Shown here piece after piece: positions 49,657 to 59,914 of a stretch of 64,000 nt of DNA (its first letter is position 1; each line of letters opens with the position of its first letter). Below the pieces are notes generated by a model. It was not told the origin of the DNA. It was given only the letters and a program-made list of their open reading frames with translations, and ran no database searches. The stretch is from Anaeroplasma bactoclasticum. Lineage in GTDB: Bacteria; Bacillota_I; Bacilli_A; Acholeplasmatales; Anaeroplasmataceae. The position numbers and the translations under genes were made by a program. The DNA is taken from assembly GCF_003550015.1 (NCBI RefSeq), contig NZ_QXEV01000004.1, forward strand, positions 50,728 through 114,727, given 5' to 3'.

Positions 49657-51027
49657 ATGTATGCAAAAAATGCATGGGAAAAATATAAAGGCGATAGCCT
49701 AGATGAATTAATGAAATTCAACGAAGAATATAAAGAATTTATCTCTTTATGTAAAACAGAAAGAGAGGCTGTTCAATTTAGTGTTGAATTAGCTGAAAAG
49801 TATGGATTTAAGGAATTATCTGAATATGAAACATTAAAACCTGGTGATAAGGTTTATGCGACAAATAGAGAAAAGAATATTTGTGTATTCATTATGGGTG
49901 AGGAGCCACTTGAAAAGGGCTTAAATGTACTTGGTGCACATATCGATTCCCCAAGATTAGATATTAAGCAAAATCCACTTTATGAAAGAAACGGATATGC
50001 AATGCTAGATACTCACTACTATGGTGGTATCGTTAAATACCAATGGGTTGCAAGAAACCTAGCTATTCATGGTGTATTATGCAAAAAGGATGGTATTACT
50101 GTTGAGGTTAATATTGGTGAGGATTTAGATGACCCAGTATTATGTATCACAGATTTACTTCCACACCTTGCAGCAGATAAGCTTTCTAAGCCTGCAGCAA
50201 AAACTATTGATGGAGAGGATTTAGATTTAACTATCGGTCATATGCCACTTGAGGGTGAAGAAAAGGATGCTGTTAAAGCAAACATCCTAAAGCTACTTAA
50301 GGATAAGTATGATGTTGAAGAGGAGGATTTCATCTCTGCAGAGCTTGAAATCGTACCTGCAGGTAAGGCTAGAGACTTAGGCCTTGACCGCTCTATGATT
50401 ATTGGCTATGGCCATGACGATAGAGTTTGTGCATATACATCCTTACGTGCTATTTTAGATTCTACTACTTCTAAAAGAACTATTTGTGCATACTTAGTGG
50501 ATAAGGAAGAGGTTGGTTCTATTGGAGCAACAGGTGCACAGTCCACTTGGTATAGTGATGTATTAGCTGAAATGATTGCCAAGGAAGGCACTTATAATGA
50601 TTTAAAGCTAAGACGTGCTATGAGCAATACAAGAATGCTATCTAGCGATGTATCTGCTGGCTTTGATCCATTATACCCATCTGTATTTGAAGCAAAGAAT
50701 GCTGCTTATTTAGGTAATGGTATTACCTTCAATAAGTATACAGGAGCTAGAGGTAAATCTGGTTGTAACGATACTTCTGCTGAATTCGTAAGAGATGTAC
50801 GTAAGGTAATGGATGACAACAATATCAATTACCAGACTGCAGAGCTTGGTAGAATTGATGTTGGTGGAGGTGGAACAATCGCCTACATCATGGGTAACCA
50901 AAACATGAATGTATTAGATGCAGGTGTTCCTGTATTATCTATGCATGCTCCAAACGAGGTTGTATCTAAAGTAGATGTTTATGAAGCTTATTTAGCTTAT
51001 AAAGCATTCGTAAAAGACATCCAGTAA
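49657..51027 (+). CDS. M18-family aminopeptidase
   Basis: 456 aa with GAHIDSP and GHDDRV metal-ligand motifs. Confidence 0.75.
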   Translation: MYAKNAWEKYKGDSLDELMKFNEEYKEFISLCKTEREAVQFSVELAEKYGFKELSEYETLKPGDKVYATNREKNICVFIMGEEPLEKGLNVLGAHIDSPRLDIKQNPLYERNGYAMLDTHYYGGIVKYQWVARNLAIHGVLCKKDGITVEVNIGEDLDDPVLCITDLLPHLAADKLSKPAAKTIDGEDLDLTIGHMPLEGEEKDAVKANILKLLKDKYDVEEEDFISAELEIVPAGKARDLGLDRSMIIGYGHDDRVCAYTSLRAILDSTTSKRTICAYLVDKEEVGSIGATGAQSTWYSDVLAEMIAKEGTYNDLKLRRAMSNTRMLSSDVSAGFDPLYPSVFEAKNAAYLGNGITFNKYTGARGKSGCNDTSAEFVRDVRKVMDDNNINYQTAELGRIDVGGGGTIAYIMGNQNMNVLDAGVPVLSMHAPNEVVSKVDVYEAYLAYKAFVKDIQ

Positions 51028-51029
51028 TA

Positions 51030-51066
51030 GAAAAAGGAAATCCCAAAACTGGATTTCCTTTTTTTC
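51030..51066. terminator. bidirectional rho-independent terminator (aminopeptidase/udk)
   Basis: GGAAATCC-caaaact-GGATTTCC, flanked by AAAAA on one side and TTTTTTT on the other. Confidence 0.75.
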
Positions 51067-51690
51067 TTATCTAATGATATCTTTAATTTTTGTAGATAGG
51101 ATATCTATTGCAATATCATGCTTTGTATCATTAGGAATAATGATATCTGCAAATCTCTTTGTAGGAACAACATAAGCCTCATACATTGGCTTAACTGTAG
51201 TTAGGTATTGTTCAATTACATTATCTAAGCTTCTTCCACGCTCTTCCATATCTCTTTTTAATCTTCTTATAAATCTGATATCTGCATCTGATTCAACGAA
51301 TATTTGAATATCCGCTAAGGAACGAATATCTGGATCATATAATGCTAAAATACCTTCAATAATAATTACCTTTGCAGGATTAATTTTAATTGTTTTTGAC
51401 TCTTCTCTATTATGCTGTGCAAAATTATAAACAGGACAATCAATATTTCTACTATCCATTAATGCTCGAATATGACGCTTTAATAATTCCATATCAATTG
51501 CATCCGGATGGTCATAATTGATTTTCTTTCTTTCTTCAAAGGATAAATCATCTCTTTTTTTATAATAATTATCCATACATATTACAGATACATCATATGG
51601 ATTAAAGGATTTAATAATTTTATCTACTACAGTTGTTTTTCCACTTGCAGTTCCACCTGCAATTAAAATTAAAATTGGCTTATGATTCAT
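51067..51690 (-). CDS. udk: uridine kinase
   Basis: IAGGTASGKTT P-loop, Udk family. Confidence 0.9.
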   Translation of the reverse strand: MNHKPILILIAGGTASGKTTVVDKIIKSFNPYDVSVICMDNYYKKRDDLSFEERKKINYDHPDAIDMELLKRHIRALMDSRNIDCPVYNFAQHNREESKTIKINPAKVIIIEGILALYDPDIRSLADIQIFVESDADIRFIRRLKRDMEERGRSLDNVIEQYLTTVKPMYEAYVVPTKRFADIIIPNDTKHDIAIDILSTKIKDIIR

Positions 51691-51699
51691 TTTCTTCTC

Positions 51700-52347
51700 C
51701 TAATAATATTTTACATAATCTAATGATTGAATATATGCATTATTCTTTATATGACTTGGTACAAACAACTCCTCAAGTCCTGATGAATTAAAACATCCAG
51801 TATATATATCAATGATAGTATCTGGTATTGTTAATGTTTTTAGATTCTTACATCCACTAAAAGAATAGCTTCCTAAAGAAATAATTCCAGGCTCCAAGGT
51901 TACACTTTCTAGTGCCTCACACCCATAAAATGCTGCCCCACCAATTAGTGGTGCACTAAGCTCTATTTTCTTTAGTGATACATCAAAGGCAAAGGCATTT
52001 TTGCCTATTTCCTTTGCATATTTAATAGATATTTCATTTAAATTATCGCATTCAGAGAATGCTAATCTTCCAACATATTCAATAGATAATTCATCTTCTA
52101 TTATGATTCTTTTTAAAGCTTTATGTCTAAAGAATGCTCTTGTAGAAAAGCCTTTAACCTTTGCTCCCTTATATTCCTTAGGAATTGTATATTCTTCTAA
52201 ATCGCCATAAGCATAGGAAACAAAATATCCTTCATATAGGGAATTATATTCAAACTCTAATCTTGGAATAGAATAATAGACTGCAAAGAATATACCTATT
52301 AAAATAGGGATAAGAGGAATTAAAAGATATAATAATTTTCTTTTCAT
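51700..52347 (-). CDS. membrane-anchored BspA-type leucine-rich-repeat protein
   Basis: N-terminal TM helix followed by ~5 LRR_5-like repeats (...AFSECDNLNEISI..., ...AFYGCEALESVTL..., ...SFSGCKNLKTLTI...). Confidence 0.55.
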   Translation of the reverse strand: MKRKLLYLLIPLIPILIGIFFAVYYSIPRLEFEYNSLYEGYFVSYAYGDLEEYTIPKEYKGAKVKGFSTRAFFRHKALKRIIIEDELSIEYVGRLAFSECDNLNEISIKYAKEIGKNAFAFDVSLKKIELSAPLIGGAAFYGCEALESVTLEPGIISLGSYSFSGCKNLKTLTIPDTIIDIYTGCFNSSGLEELFVPSHIKNNAYIQSLDYVKYY

Positions 52348-52348
52348 A

Positions 52349-53215
52349 TTATTCCTCCCTCATTAAAGATTTCATATCTTGTGGTACATTTGCTACTACA
52401 GATATTTTCTCTTTTGTTACAGGATGAATAAATTCTATTTTATAGCTATGAAGTGCCACTCGATTAATTTTCATCATTTGTCCACCATATAGACTATCCC
52501 CAAGTAGTGGATTTCCATAATGAGACAAATGAAGCCTAATTTGATGAGTTCTTCCTGTTTCTAGTATTACTCTTAATAAGGAATATCCTTTATATTTATA
52601 TAAAAGCTCAAAATTAGTAATTGCTTCTTTGCCATTTTTAGATACAACCATCTTTTTAGAATCATGTCTATTGGAACCAATAGGATAGCATAATCTTGCA
52701 CTTTTCTCTTTTGGATATCCTTGGACTAAGCATCTATATTCTCTTTTAATATCATGAGTAGAAATATAATAATTCATATATGCATGAGAAAGTATATCCT
52801 TACAATATACGATAACTCCTGTGGTTTCCTTATCTAGCCTATGAGCATATCTTACATTTAAATGTAAGCCTTGCTTTTTATAATAGCCTGCAACATAATC
52901 CGATAAGGATTCTTCATTTTTATCCTCTGAATGAATAATAATTCCACTAGGCTTATTGATAATTAATAAATAATCATCCTCATATAAAATATCAATAGGC
53001 TTATCGATAGGCTTAAAATCTATTTCTTCATCTAAAGATATAGATACTATATCTCCCTTATTTAATTGAAAGGATTCATTTTTAAATTCACCATTTACAA
53101 GCACTTTCTTTTCTAAAAACAATTTATATATTTTAGATCTAGATAAATAAAAGCTTAATAAATAATCTCTTAAATGAATATCCTCTAAAACCTTATAATC
53201 AAACTTATGAAGCAT
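52349..53215 (-). CDS. RluA/RluD-family pseudouridine synthase with S4 domain
   Basis: S4-like N-terminus plus HRLDKETTGVIVY. Confidence 0.8.
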   Translation of the reverse strand: MLHKFDYKVLEDIHLRDYLLSFYLSRSKIYKLFLEKKVLVNGEFKNESFQLNKGDIVSISLDEEIDFKPIDKPIDILYEDDYLLIINKPSGIIIHSEDKNEESLSDYVAGYYKKQGLHLNVRYAHRLDKETTGVIVYCKDILSHAYMNYYISTHDIKREYRCLVQGYPKEKSARLCYPIGSNRHDSKKMVVSKNGKEAITNFELLYKYKGYSLLRVILETGRTHQIRLHLSHYGNPLLGDSLYGGQMMKINRVALHSYKIEFIHPVTKEKISVVANVPQDMKSLMREE

Positions 53216-53834
53216 TTTTCTTGTGTTCCTCCATTTCCTTTATGGAGTACTTACAGCCACAATAATCTTGTCTATATAGTCCATATTCCTTTGATAATTC
53301 AATGGAATGTAGATAACCACTTTCCTTTTTGAAATCAGAATATAAATATTTAATATTATATTTTTCTTCTAAATCTCGACCAATTTCATTGATCCATCTA
53401 GTAATCTTATATGGAGATATAGAAAGGGTAGTAGAAAAATACTCATATCCTTCTTCTTTGGCCTTAATAGCTGTTTTTTCTAGCCTCTCTTTATAGCACA
53501 TATAGCATCTTTTACTTTTTTCACCTAATTCTTCTAATCCCAAAATGGCATTATCATAATCCATAGGATTATATCCATTTGAGATAACATTAACCTTAAA
53601 TGGTAATTTATTTGTAAACTTTTCTATTTCATCTAAACGTTTATCAAATTCTTCTTCCGGATAAATATTATCATTGGAATAGAAGATTGTAATATCAAAA
53701 TACTTTTCAAGTAAGAATAGACAATGACTAGAACATGGTGCACAACAGGCATGTAATAATAGCTTTGGTTTATAGGTAAGTGTATCTAGAAACTTCTTAA
53801 AATCATTATAATTTTCAATTTTCATCCTAATCAC
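53205..53834 (-). CDS. queH: epoxyqueuosine reductase QueH (DUF208)
   Basis: LLLHACCAPCSS and CYMCY Cys motifs. Confidence 0.8.
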   Translation of the reverse strand: MIRMKIENYNDFKKFLDTLTYKPKLLLHACCAPCSSHCLFLLEKYFDITIFYSNDNIYPEEEFDKRLDEIEKFTNKLPFKVNVISNGYNPMDYDNAILGLEELGEKSKRCYMCYKERLEKTAIKAKEEGYEYFSTTLSISPYKITRWINEIGRDLEEKYNIKYLYSDFKKESGYLHSIELSKEYGLYRQDYCGCKYSIKEMEEHKKNAS

Positions 53835-53911
53835 CTTCTATCCATAAACATTATATAACAACCATCTATAAAAATAAAATATTTTTATTTCAAAAAAAAT
53901 TAGAAATTTTC

Positions 53912-53940
53912 TTGAATTGGTGTTATAATTAGAGTATAAT
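53912..53940 (+). promoter_or_regulatory. carD promoter (TTGAAT-17-TATAAT)
   Basis: Direct read cTTGAATtggtgttataattagagTATAAT, 27 nt upstream of the carD RBS. Confidence 0.5.
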
Positions 53941-53966
53941 AAATGTTTTTTGGAAGGAGTGGGAAA

Positions 53967-54476
53967 ATGTATAATGTTGGAGATATTGTAATTTATACAC
54001 TATATGGCATATGTACGATTCAAGAAGAAACTATGCGTGTATTCAATGGAGCAGACGCTAAATATTTTGTTTTAGTACCATTAAGTGATGCTAAAACAAG
54101 AATTACAATTCCAGCTGAAAATCCTATTATCCTTTCTAGATTACATACACTTATGAATCAAGATGAAGCAAAAGATATCATTGAAAGAATTCCTTTCTTA
54201 GAAAATATGTGGATTGATAATGATAATCAAAGAAAAAGAGATTTTTCTGATATCGTTAAGAGTGGAGATAGAGAAAAGATTTTACAAATGATGAAAAGCA
54301 TTTATACTCATGCTTCTACTTTAAAGAATAAGGGTAGAAAGCTTCATGTTTCTGATGAACAATGTATGAGAGATGGAGAAAAGCTTATTTTAGATGAATT
54401 ATCTTATGTTTTAGGCAAAGATCGATTACTTCTTGCAGAGGAAATTAAGCTTAAATTCAATATCGATAAAGATTAA
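53967..54476 (+). CDS. carD: CarD/CdnL family transcriptional regulator
   Basis: CarD_TRCF domain (MYNVGDIVIYTLYGICTIQEE...KYFVL). True start at 53967 (RBS GGAAGGAGTG). Confidence 0.8.
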   Translation: MYNVGDIVIYTLYGICTIQEETMRVFNGADAKYFVLVPLSDAKTRITIPAENPIILSRLHTLMNQDEAKDIIERIPFLENMWIDNDNQRKRDFSDIVKSGDREKILQMMKSIYTHASTLKNKGRKLHVSDEQCMRDGEKLILDELSYVLGKDRLLLAEEIKLKFNIDKD

Positions 54477-54594
54477 TCTTCGGGTTAATCTTTTTTTATT
54501 TTATAAATATATTGATTTTTATTTTATTTTTACTATAATAACTTTGTTCGAATTATTAAGTTTAGATATTATATATCTAAGGAGAGGAATAGAA

Positions 54595-56088
54595 ATGGAT
54601 CAAAGTAAAACTCCCTTTTTAGATGCGTTAAAGAAATATATTGATGATGGAATATCCCCTTTTGATGTTCCAGGTCATCATATGGGAAACGCAGAAAATG
54701 ACTTTAAGGATTATATAGGAGAGCTTACCTATACTGCAGATGTTAATGCCCCAAGAGGATTAGATAACCTAAATCATCCTAGTGGAGTCATTAGTGAGGC
54801 TGAGGCACTTATGGCAGATTGCTATGGCGCAGATGAGGCCTTCTTCCTTATCAATGGTACATCCAGTGGTATTTTAGCCATGATTATGGCTACTGTTAAA
54901 GCCCATGAAGAAATTATTCTTCCAAGAAATGTACATAAATCTGTTATAAATGCACTTATCATTGCTGGTGCTATTCCAGTATTTGTAATGCCATCCTTTG
55001 ATAAGAATTTAGAAATTTCAAATCAACCAAGAATTGAAGATTATGAGCGTGCTATAAAAAGACATCCAAATGCGAAGGCAGTCTTTGTAATCAATCCAAC
55101 ATATTTTGGTGCAAATAATGATATAAAGACCATTTGTAAAATAGCTCATGATAATGGAATGCTATGCCTTGCAGATGAAGCACATGGTGCTCACTTAGGA
55201 TTTACAGATAAGCTTCCAATATCTGCGATGCAAGCAGATTGTGATTTATCTGCAGTATCTATGCATAAAACTGCAGGTGCATTAACACAAGCATCCGTAT
55301 TATTAAGAAAAGGAAATAGAGTAAGCCATTATGATGTGTTTAAAGCATTAATGGTTGTCAATACTACTTCTCCTTCAAATCTATTAATTGCATCCTTGGA
55401 TTCTGCAAGAAAATATATGGCTTTACATGGTAAAGAAAAATTAAATGAAATTATTGATTTAGGTAATTATGCTAGAGAAGAAATCAATAGAATTCCAGGA
55501 ATTAAAGCTAGAGGCTCTGACTACTTTATAGCTAATGGGGAATATCAATATGATTCTACAAAGCTTGTTATCGAGCTTGAAAGCTTAACAATAAATGGCT
55601 TTGAGTTATATAATATCTTAAGAGATGAATACAATGTTCAAATGGAGCTTGCAGAGCAATATGTTATTCTAGGTATTTTAGCTATAGGTACAAAAAAGCT
55701 TCATTTAGATAATCTAATTCATGCATTAAAGGAAATATCTAAAAAATATTATGTTGCAGATAGAAGCTACCCTAAATATCATTATGATACACCATTCCCT
55801 AAAATGGTAATGCGTCCAAGAGTTGCATATCAGGCACCACTTAAAAGAGTTCCATTAGATGATGCAATTGGATTAATTTCAAAGGAATCTATTATGATTT
55901 ATCCTCCAGGAATTCCACTAATCATTCCTGGTGAAAAATTTGATCAATCCATTATTGATCGTATTAAGATGTATAAGAAAACAAATGCTACAGTATTAAT
56001 GGATTATGATGATTTAACTGTTTCTACTGTTGATTATGACCAATATTTAGCAAATAGAGATGCAGTGGAGGATAAATTCGATGATTAG
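54595..56088 (+). CDS. speA: Orn/Lys/Arg decarboxylase family; arginine decarboxylase from its context
   Basis: OKR_DC_1 major domain with the SMHKTAGALTQAS Lys-PLP motif. True start MDQSKTPF at 54595 (AAGGAGAGG). Followed by aguA and aguB. Confidence 0.75.
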   Translation: MDQSKTPFLDALKKYIDDGISPFDVPGHHMGNAENDFKDYIGELTYTADVNAPRGLDNLNHPSGVISEAEALMADCYGADEAFFLINGTSSGILAMIMATVKAHEEIILPRNVHKSVINALIIAGAIPVFVMPSFDKNLEISNQPRIEDYERAIKRHPNAKAVFVINPTYFGANNDIKTICKIAHDNGMLCLADEAHGAHLGFTDKLPISAMQADCDLSAVSMHKTAGALTQASVLLRKGNRVSHYDVFKALMVVNTTSPSNLLIASLDSARKYMALHGKEKLNEIIDLGNYAREEINRIPGIKARGSDYFIANGEYQYDSTKLVIELESLTINGFELYNILRDEYNVQMELAEQYVILGILAIGTKKLHLDNLIHALKEISKKYYVADRSYPKYHYDTPFPKMVMRPRVAYQAPLKRVPLDDAIGLISKESIMIYPPGIPLIIPGEKFDQSIIDRIKMYKKTNATVLMDYDDLTVSTVDYDQYLANRDAVEDKFDD

Positions 56089-57157
56089 TCCAAAAAATGA
56101 TGGCTATACATTCCCATTTGAGGGATTAGCCCATGAAGGTACAATTATTCTTCTTCCATATAGAGAAGATACTTGGGAAGATGGTGGATTAAAAGCATTC
56201 CCTGAATTTAAAAGTATTATTGAAACTATTTCAATGCATGAGCACGTATATGTAATTAAAAGTCCAAAGGTGAAATATGATACTTCTTGTTTAAATATGA
56301 AAAATGTATCTATTCATGAATTAGATTATGATGATTCTTGGGCTAGAGATAATACCTTAATCTTTTTAAAGAAGGATAATAAAATTAAGGCTGTAGATTT
56401 TGGTTTTAATGCTTGGGGTGGTAAAGTTGATGGATTATATTCCAATTGGGAAGATGATAATAAACTTGGCTCTAATCTTTCTAAGCTATTAAATATAGAA
56501 TGCTATTTAGATAAGGATTTTATATTAGAAGGTGGTTCTATTCATACAAATGGTAATAAAACATTACTTACTACTGAAGCATGTTTATTATCTAAAGGTA
56601 GAAACTCTAATTTATCTAAAGAAGAAATTGAAAACCATTTAAAGGAAATGCTTGGAATGGATAAGGTATTATGGATTCCTCATGGAATTTATAATGATGA
56701 AACCAATGAGCATATTGATAATATGGCTTGTTTTTTAGATGAGAATACAATTTTACTTGCAACATCTAAAGATACAAATGATATTCAATATAAATGGAGT
56801 ATGGAAGCAAAAAGAATACTAGAAAACGAAACTACTGCTTCCGGTAAAAAAATAAATGTATTATTAGTAAATACTCCAAATCCATATTTAGCTTTAACAA
56901 ATGAGGAAGCAAATGCAATAAAACTAGATTCAGGAGCAAAGGAAAGACTTAAAGGAGATAGACTTGCTGCTTCTTATGTCAATTTCTATATGGGTAAGGA
57001 TTTTATAATTTTACCTAAATTCAATGTTAAAGAGGATTTAGAAGCTTACAATTTATTAAATGAATTCTATAAGGGTACTAAAAAGATTTATTCTATAGAA
57101 TCAAGAAATATATTAGTTAGTGGTGGTAATATCCACTGCATTACTATGCAAATTTAA
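56081..57157 (+). CDS. aguA: agmatine deiminase
   Basis: Porphyromonas-type peptidylarginine/agmatine deiminase fold (…GGNIHCITMQ C-terminal Cys). Confidence 0.8.
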   Translation: MISPKNDGYTFPFEGLAHEGTIILLPYREDTWEDGGLKAFPEFKSIIETISMHEHVYVIKSPKVKYDTSCLNMKNVSIHELDYDDSWARDNTLIFLKKDNKIKAVDFGFNAWGGKVDGLYSNWEDDNKLGSNLSKLLNIECYLDKDFILEGGSIHTNGNKTLLTTEACLLSKGRNSNLSKEEIENHLKEMLGMDKVLWIPHGIYNDETNEHIDNMACFLDENTILLATSKDTNDIQYKWSMEAKRILENETTASGKKINVLLVNTPNPYLALTNEEANAIKLDSGAKERLKGDRLAASYVNFYMGKDFIILPKFNVKEDLEAYNLLNEFYKGTKKIYSIESRNILVSGGNIHCITMQI

Positions 57158-57167
57158 GGAGGGTAAT

Positions 57168-58031
57168 ATGAAAGTAACTGTTGCAGCAACACAAATGTCC
57201 ATTACATGGGATATTGAAAACAATATTAAAAAGGCAGATAAAATGATTGAAGATGCAGCTAAGGCTGGCGCAAATATCATTTTACTTCAGGAGTTATTTG
57301 AAGCTCCATATTTCTGCCAAAAGGAAAACTATGATTATTTTAAGCTTGCAAAGGAGTTTAAGGACAATCCATTAATTCATCATTTTTCTCTAATTGCAAA
57401 GAAATATGATGTTGTATTACCTATCTCTTTCTTCGAAAGAGCAGGAAATGTATTTTATAATAGCTTAGCTATGATTGATGCAGATGGAACTGTTTTAGGA
57501 TTATATAGAAAAAGCCATATCCCTACTGGTGAATGTTATGAAGAAAAATTCTACTTTACTCCAGGAGATACAGGTTTTAAGGTATTTAAGACTAAGTATG
57601 GTAGAATTGGTGCAGGAATTTGTTGGGATCAATGGTTCCCAGAGACTGCAAGAATTTTAGCTTTAAAGGGAGCAGAAATCTTATTCTATCCTACAGCTAT
57701 TGGTTCTGAGCCTGTTTTACCAAAGGATTCTAAGGATCATTGGCAGAATACAATGTGTGGTCATGCAGCTGCAAATATTATGCCAGTTGTTGCATCGAAC
57801 CGTATTGGTACAGAAACTGAGGGTGATTCTTCTATGACCTTCTTTGGTTCTTCTTTCATTGCTAATGAAGAAGGTAATAAGGTTGAAGAAATGAATAGAA
57901 CCGATGAAGGATTTATTCTTCATACCTTCGATTTAGATGAAATCGAAAAGAAAAGATATTCTTGGGGTGTATTTAGAGATCGTAGATGTGATTTATATAC
58001 TCCTATTCTTAAGCATAACGACAATAATTAA
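57168..58031 (+). CDS. aguB: N-carbamoylputrescine amidase
   Basis: CN-hydrolase (E..., K..., GAGICWDQWF Cys) of 289 aa. RBS AAGGAGGG. Confidence 0.8.
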   Translation: MKVTVAATQMSITWDIENNIKKADKMIEDAAKAGANIILLQELFEAPYFCQKENYDYFKLAKEFKDNPLIHHFSLIAKKYDVVLPISFFERAGNVFYNSLAMIDADGTVLGLYRKSHIPTGECYEEKFYFTPGDTGFKVFKTKYGRIGAGICWDQWFPETARILALKGAEILFYPTAIGSEPVLPKDSKDHWQNTMCGHAAANIMPVVASNRIGTETEGDSSMTFFGSSFIANEEGNKVEEMNRTDEGFILHTFDLDEIEKKRYSWGVFRDRRCDLYTPILKHNDNN

Positions 58032-58069
58032 GAAAATGCCATGGGCAATTAAGCTCATGGCATTTTTTA
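58031..58069. terminator. bidirectional terminator (aguB / HAD gene)
   Basis: AATGCCATG-12 nt-CATGGCATT followed by TTTTTT. Confidence 0.65.
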
Positions 58070-58765
58070 ATAGTTCTCTTTTATGAATTCATAAAATTCA
58101 TTTATTTTAAAGCTTTCTACTGGAAGAATTATATCTCTTCTATTGATTAAATAATCATTAATTAAATAGCCTTTAATTCCACTTGGTAGGTCTGAAAAAT
58201 CATCATCAACATCATTTCCAACCATTATACAATCTTGTGGATTTAAATTATGCTTCTTAATGATTTCTTCATAATATAAATGATTTGGCTTACAAAAATA
58301 GCAATTCTCATAGGTTGTGACATCATCAAACATATCATAGCTTAAGCCAGCCCATTTAATTCTTTCTTCTGTTGCTACTTTTGGGAATACTGGATTTGTA
58401 GCAAGTATTACCTTATAGCCCTTATTCTTTAGGTAAGTAATAATTTCTAAAGGATAATTGGTTTTATGAATATAGGATTTTAGATTTTGGAATTCATTTC
58501 TATAATAGCTATAAAATGCTTCCTTTAAGGAATCTATTTCCTTATATTTCTTTTCTACTACGCTCCAAAATCTATCCTCATTACTCATAGCTCCATCATT
58601 TAATATAATGGCATAGGCTGCCTTATAGAATACCTCCATGAATTCCTTAGGATTATAACCTAGCTTATAGGAGTATTCTGCAATACTTTTATAATAAGCC
58701 CCTAAGAATTCATCCTGATTCATTTCAAGTAATGTGGAATCTAGGTCAAAGAAAAATGTCTTCAT
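58067..58765 (-). CDS. HAD-superfamily hydrolase
   Basis: FFDLDSTL motif I. Confidence 0.6.
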   Translation of the reverse strand: MKTFFFDLDSTLLEMNQDEFLGAYYKSIAEYSYKLGYNPKEFMEVFYKAAYAIILNDGAMSNEDRFWSVVEKKYKEIDSLKEAFYSYYRNEFQNLKSYIHKTNYPLEIITYLKNKGYKVILATNPVFPKVATEERIKWAGLSYDMFDDVTTYENCYFCKPNHLYYEEIIKKHNLNPQDCIMVGNDVDDDFSDLPSGIKGYLINDYLINRRDIILPVESFKINEFYEFIKENY

Positions 58766-58766
58766 A

Positions 58767-59270
58767 TTACTTTTCCAAATACCTTAAAATTTCACAAACA
58801 TACATAGTATGCATATCCTTTGTAGGATAGCATTTTTCTAATACTTCCTCTGGCATTCCCTTATCTGTGATTTCAATTTCATATAATACCTTCATTAAGA
58901 ATACCGTATCTGCTTCTTCAATATAGTATGTATTTGTTTTTTCATCATAGCTTGGAGTTAAGCCAGTTTCTTTAAACTTATCAAAGTTTCTACCACTTTT
59001 ACTACCAAAGAAGCCTTTGGCTTTTTTGTATTCATCCGATAAAAATGAAATACTCATGGATTTTGATTTAACTAAGAAATCATGAGTGTATCTAGATTTT
59101 CTAACAAAAATATACGCAACAGGCTTATTCCAAAGGATACCTAATCCGCCCCAGGATACTGTCATTCCATTAAAGCCAATAGCTTTATCGCCAGCAGTAA
59201 TGATTCCCCATTTATTATCAATCTCATCAAATACACATCTTTTATATTCTTTTAAATCTAATTCTCTCAT
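58767..59270 (-). CDS. flavin reductase-like domain protein
   Basis: FMN-binding split-barrel motifs (GIITAGDKAIGFNGMTVSWGG). Confidence 0.6.
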   Translation of the reverse strand: MRELDLKEYKRCVFDEIDNKWGIITAGDKAIGFNGMTVSWGGLGILWNKPVAYIFVRKSRYTHDFLVKSKSMSISFLSDEYKKAKGFFGSKSGRNFDKFKETGLTPSYDEKTNTYYIEEADTVFLMKVLYEIEITDKGMPEEVLEKCYPTKDMHTMYVCEILRYLEK

Positions 59271-59902
59271 ATGTGATTACCTACTTCCACACGATATACA
59301 AATACTAATACTGCAAGTGCTAATGCGATACAAGCTAAAGCTACTGCAATAGCCCCAAAGATGCGCGCCTTTTTGTTGTTAACTTTAGATGCTGTTACAA
59401 GTCCAATAGTACCTAATACTCCACCTAAAATAGTAGCTAAGGCTAATGTTACTATGCTTGAAGTTAATGCATTATAACAATTCTCTAAATAAGTTTGGGA
59501 TGAATCAACGCCAGAATTATATAGCTGATTATAATAGAAAATATTCACAAGATATGTCATTATAGAATCCATAAGCAAAAAGCCACAACCAATAGTTCCA
59601 ATTAATCCTGGAATAAAGGCTCTTTTTTTCATTGCTTTATCTCTATATGCTTGTTGTTCTTCAGGGCTTGATTTATATCCATAAAAATCCTGATAAAAGC
59701 CAGGCTCTGGCTTTGGTTCTTCTTTTTTAGGCTCTTCTTGATTATAGTAATCCTTTAATTCTTCTTTGAATGCTTCAACTTCTTCATTTTTTTCTTCAGT
59801 CTTTGGTGCATCAAAGATATCATCAATTTCAACCTTTGCACCACAAACATGGCAGAAATTTGCATTGCTTGCTAAGATATTTCCACAATTCTTACAATAC
59901 AT
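59267..59902 (-). CDS. zinc-ribbon domain membrane protein
   Basis: MYCKNCGNILASNANFCHVCGAKVE followed by a charged linker and 3-4 TM helices. Confidence 0.5.
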   Translation of the reverse strand: MYCKNCGNILASNANFCHVCGAKVEIDDIFDAPKTEEKNEEVEAFKEELKDYYNQEEPKKEEPKPEPGFYQDFYGYKSSPEEQQAYRDKAMKKRAFIPGLIGTIGCGFLLMDSIMTYLVNIFYYNQLYNSGVDSSQTYLENCYNALTSSIVTLALATILGGVLGTIGLVTASKVNNKKARIFGAIAVALACIALALAVLVFVYRVEVGNHI

Positions 59903-59914
59903 AATAATCTCCTC

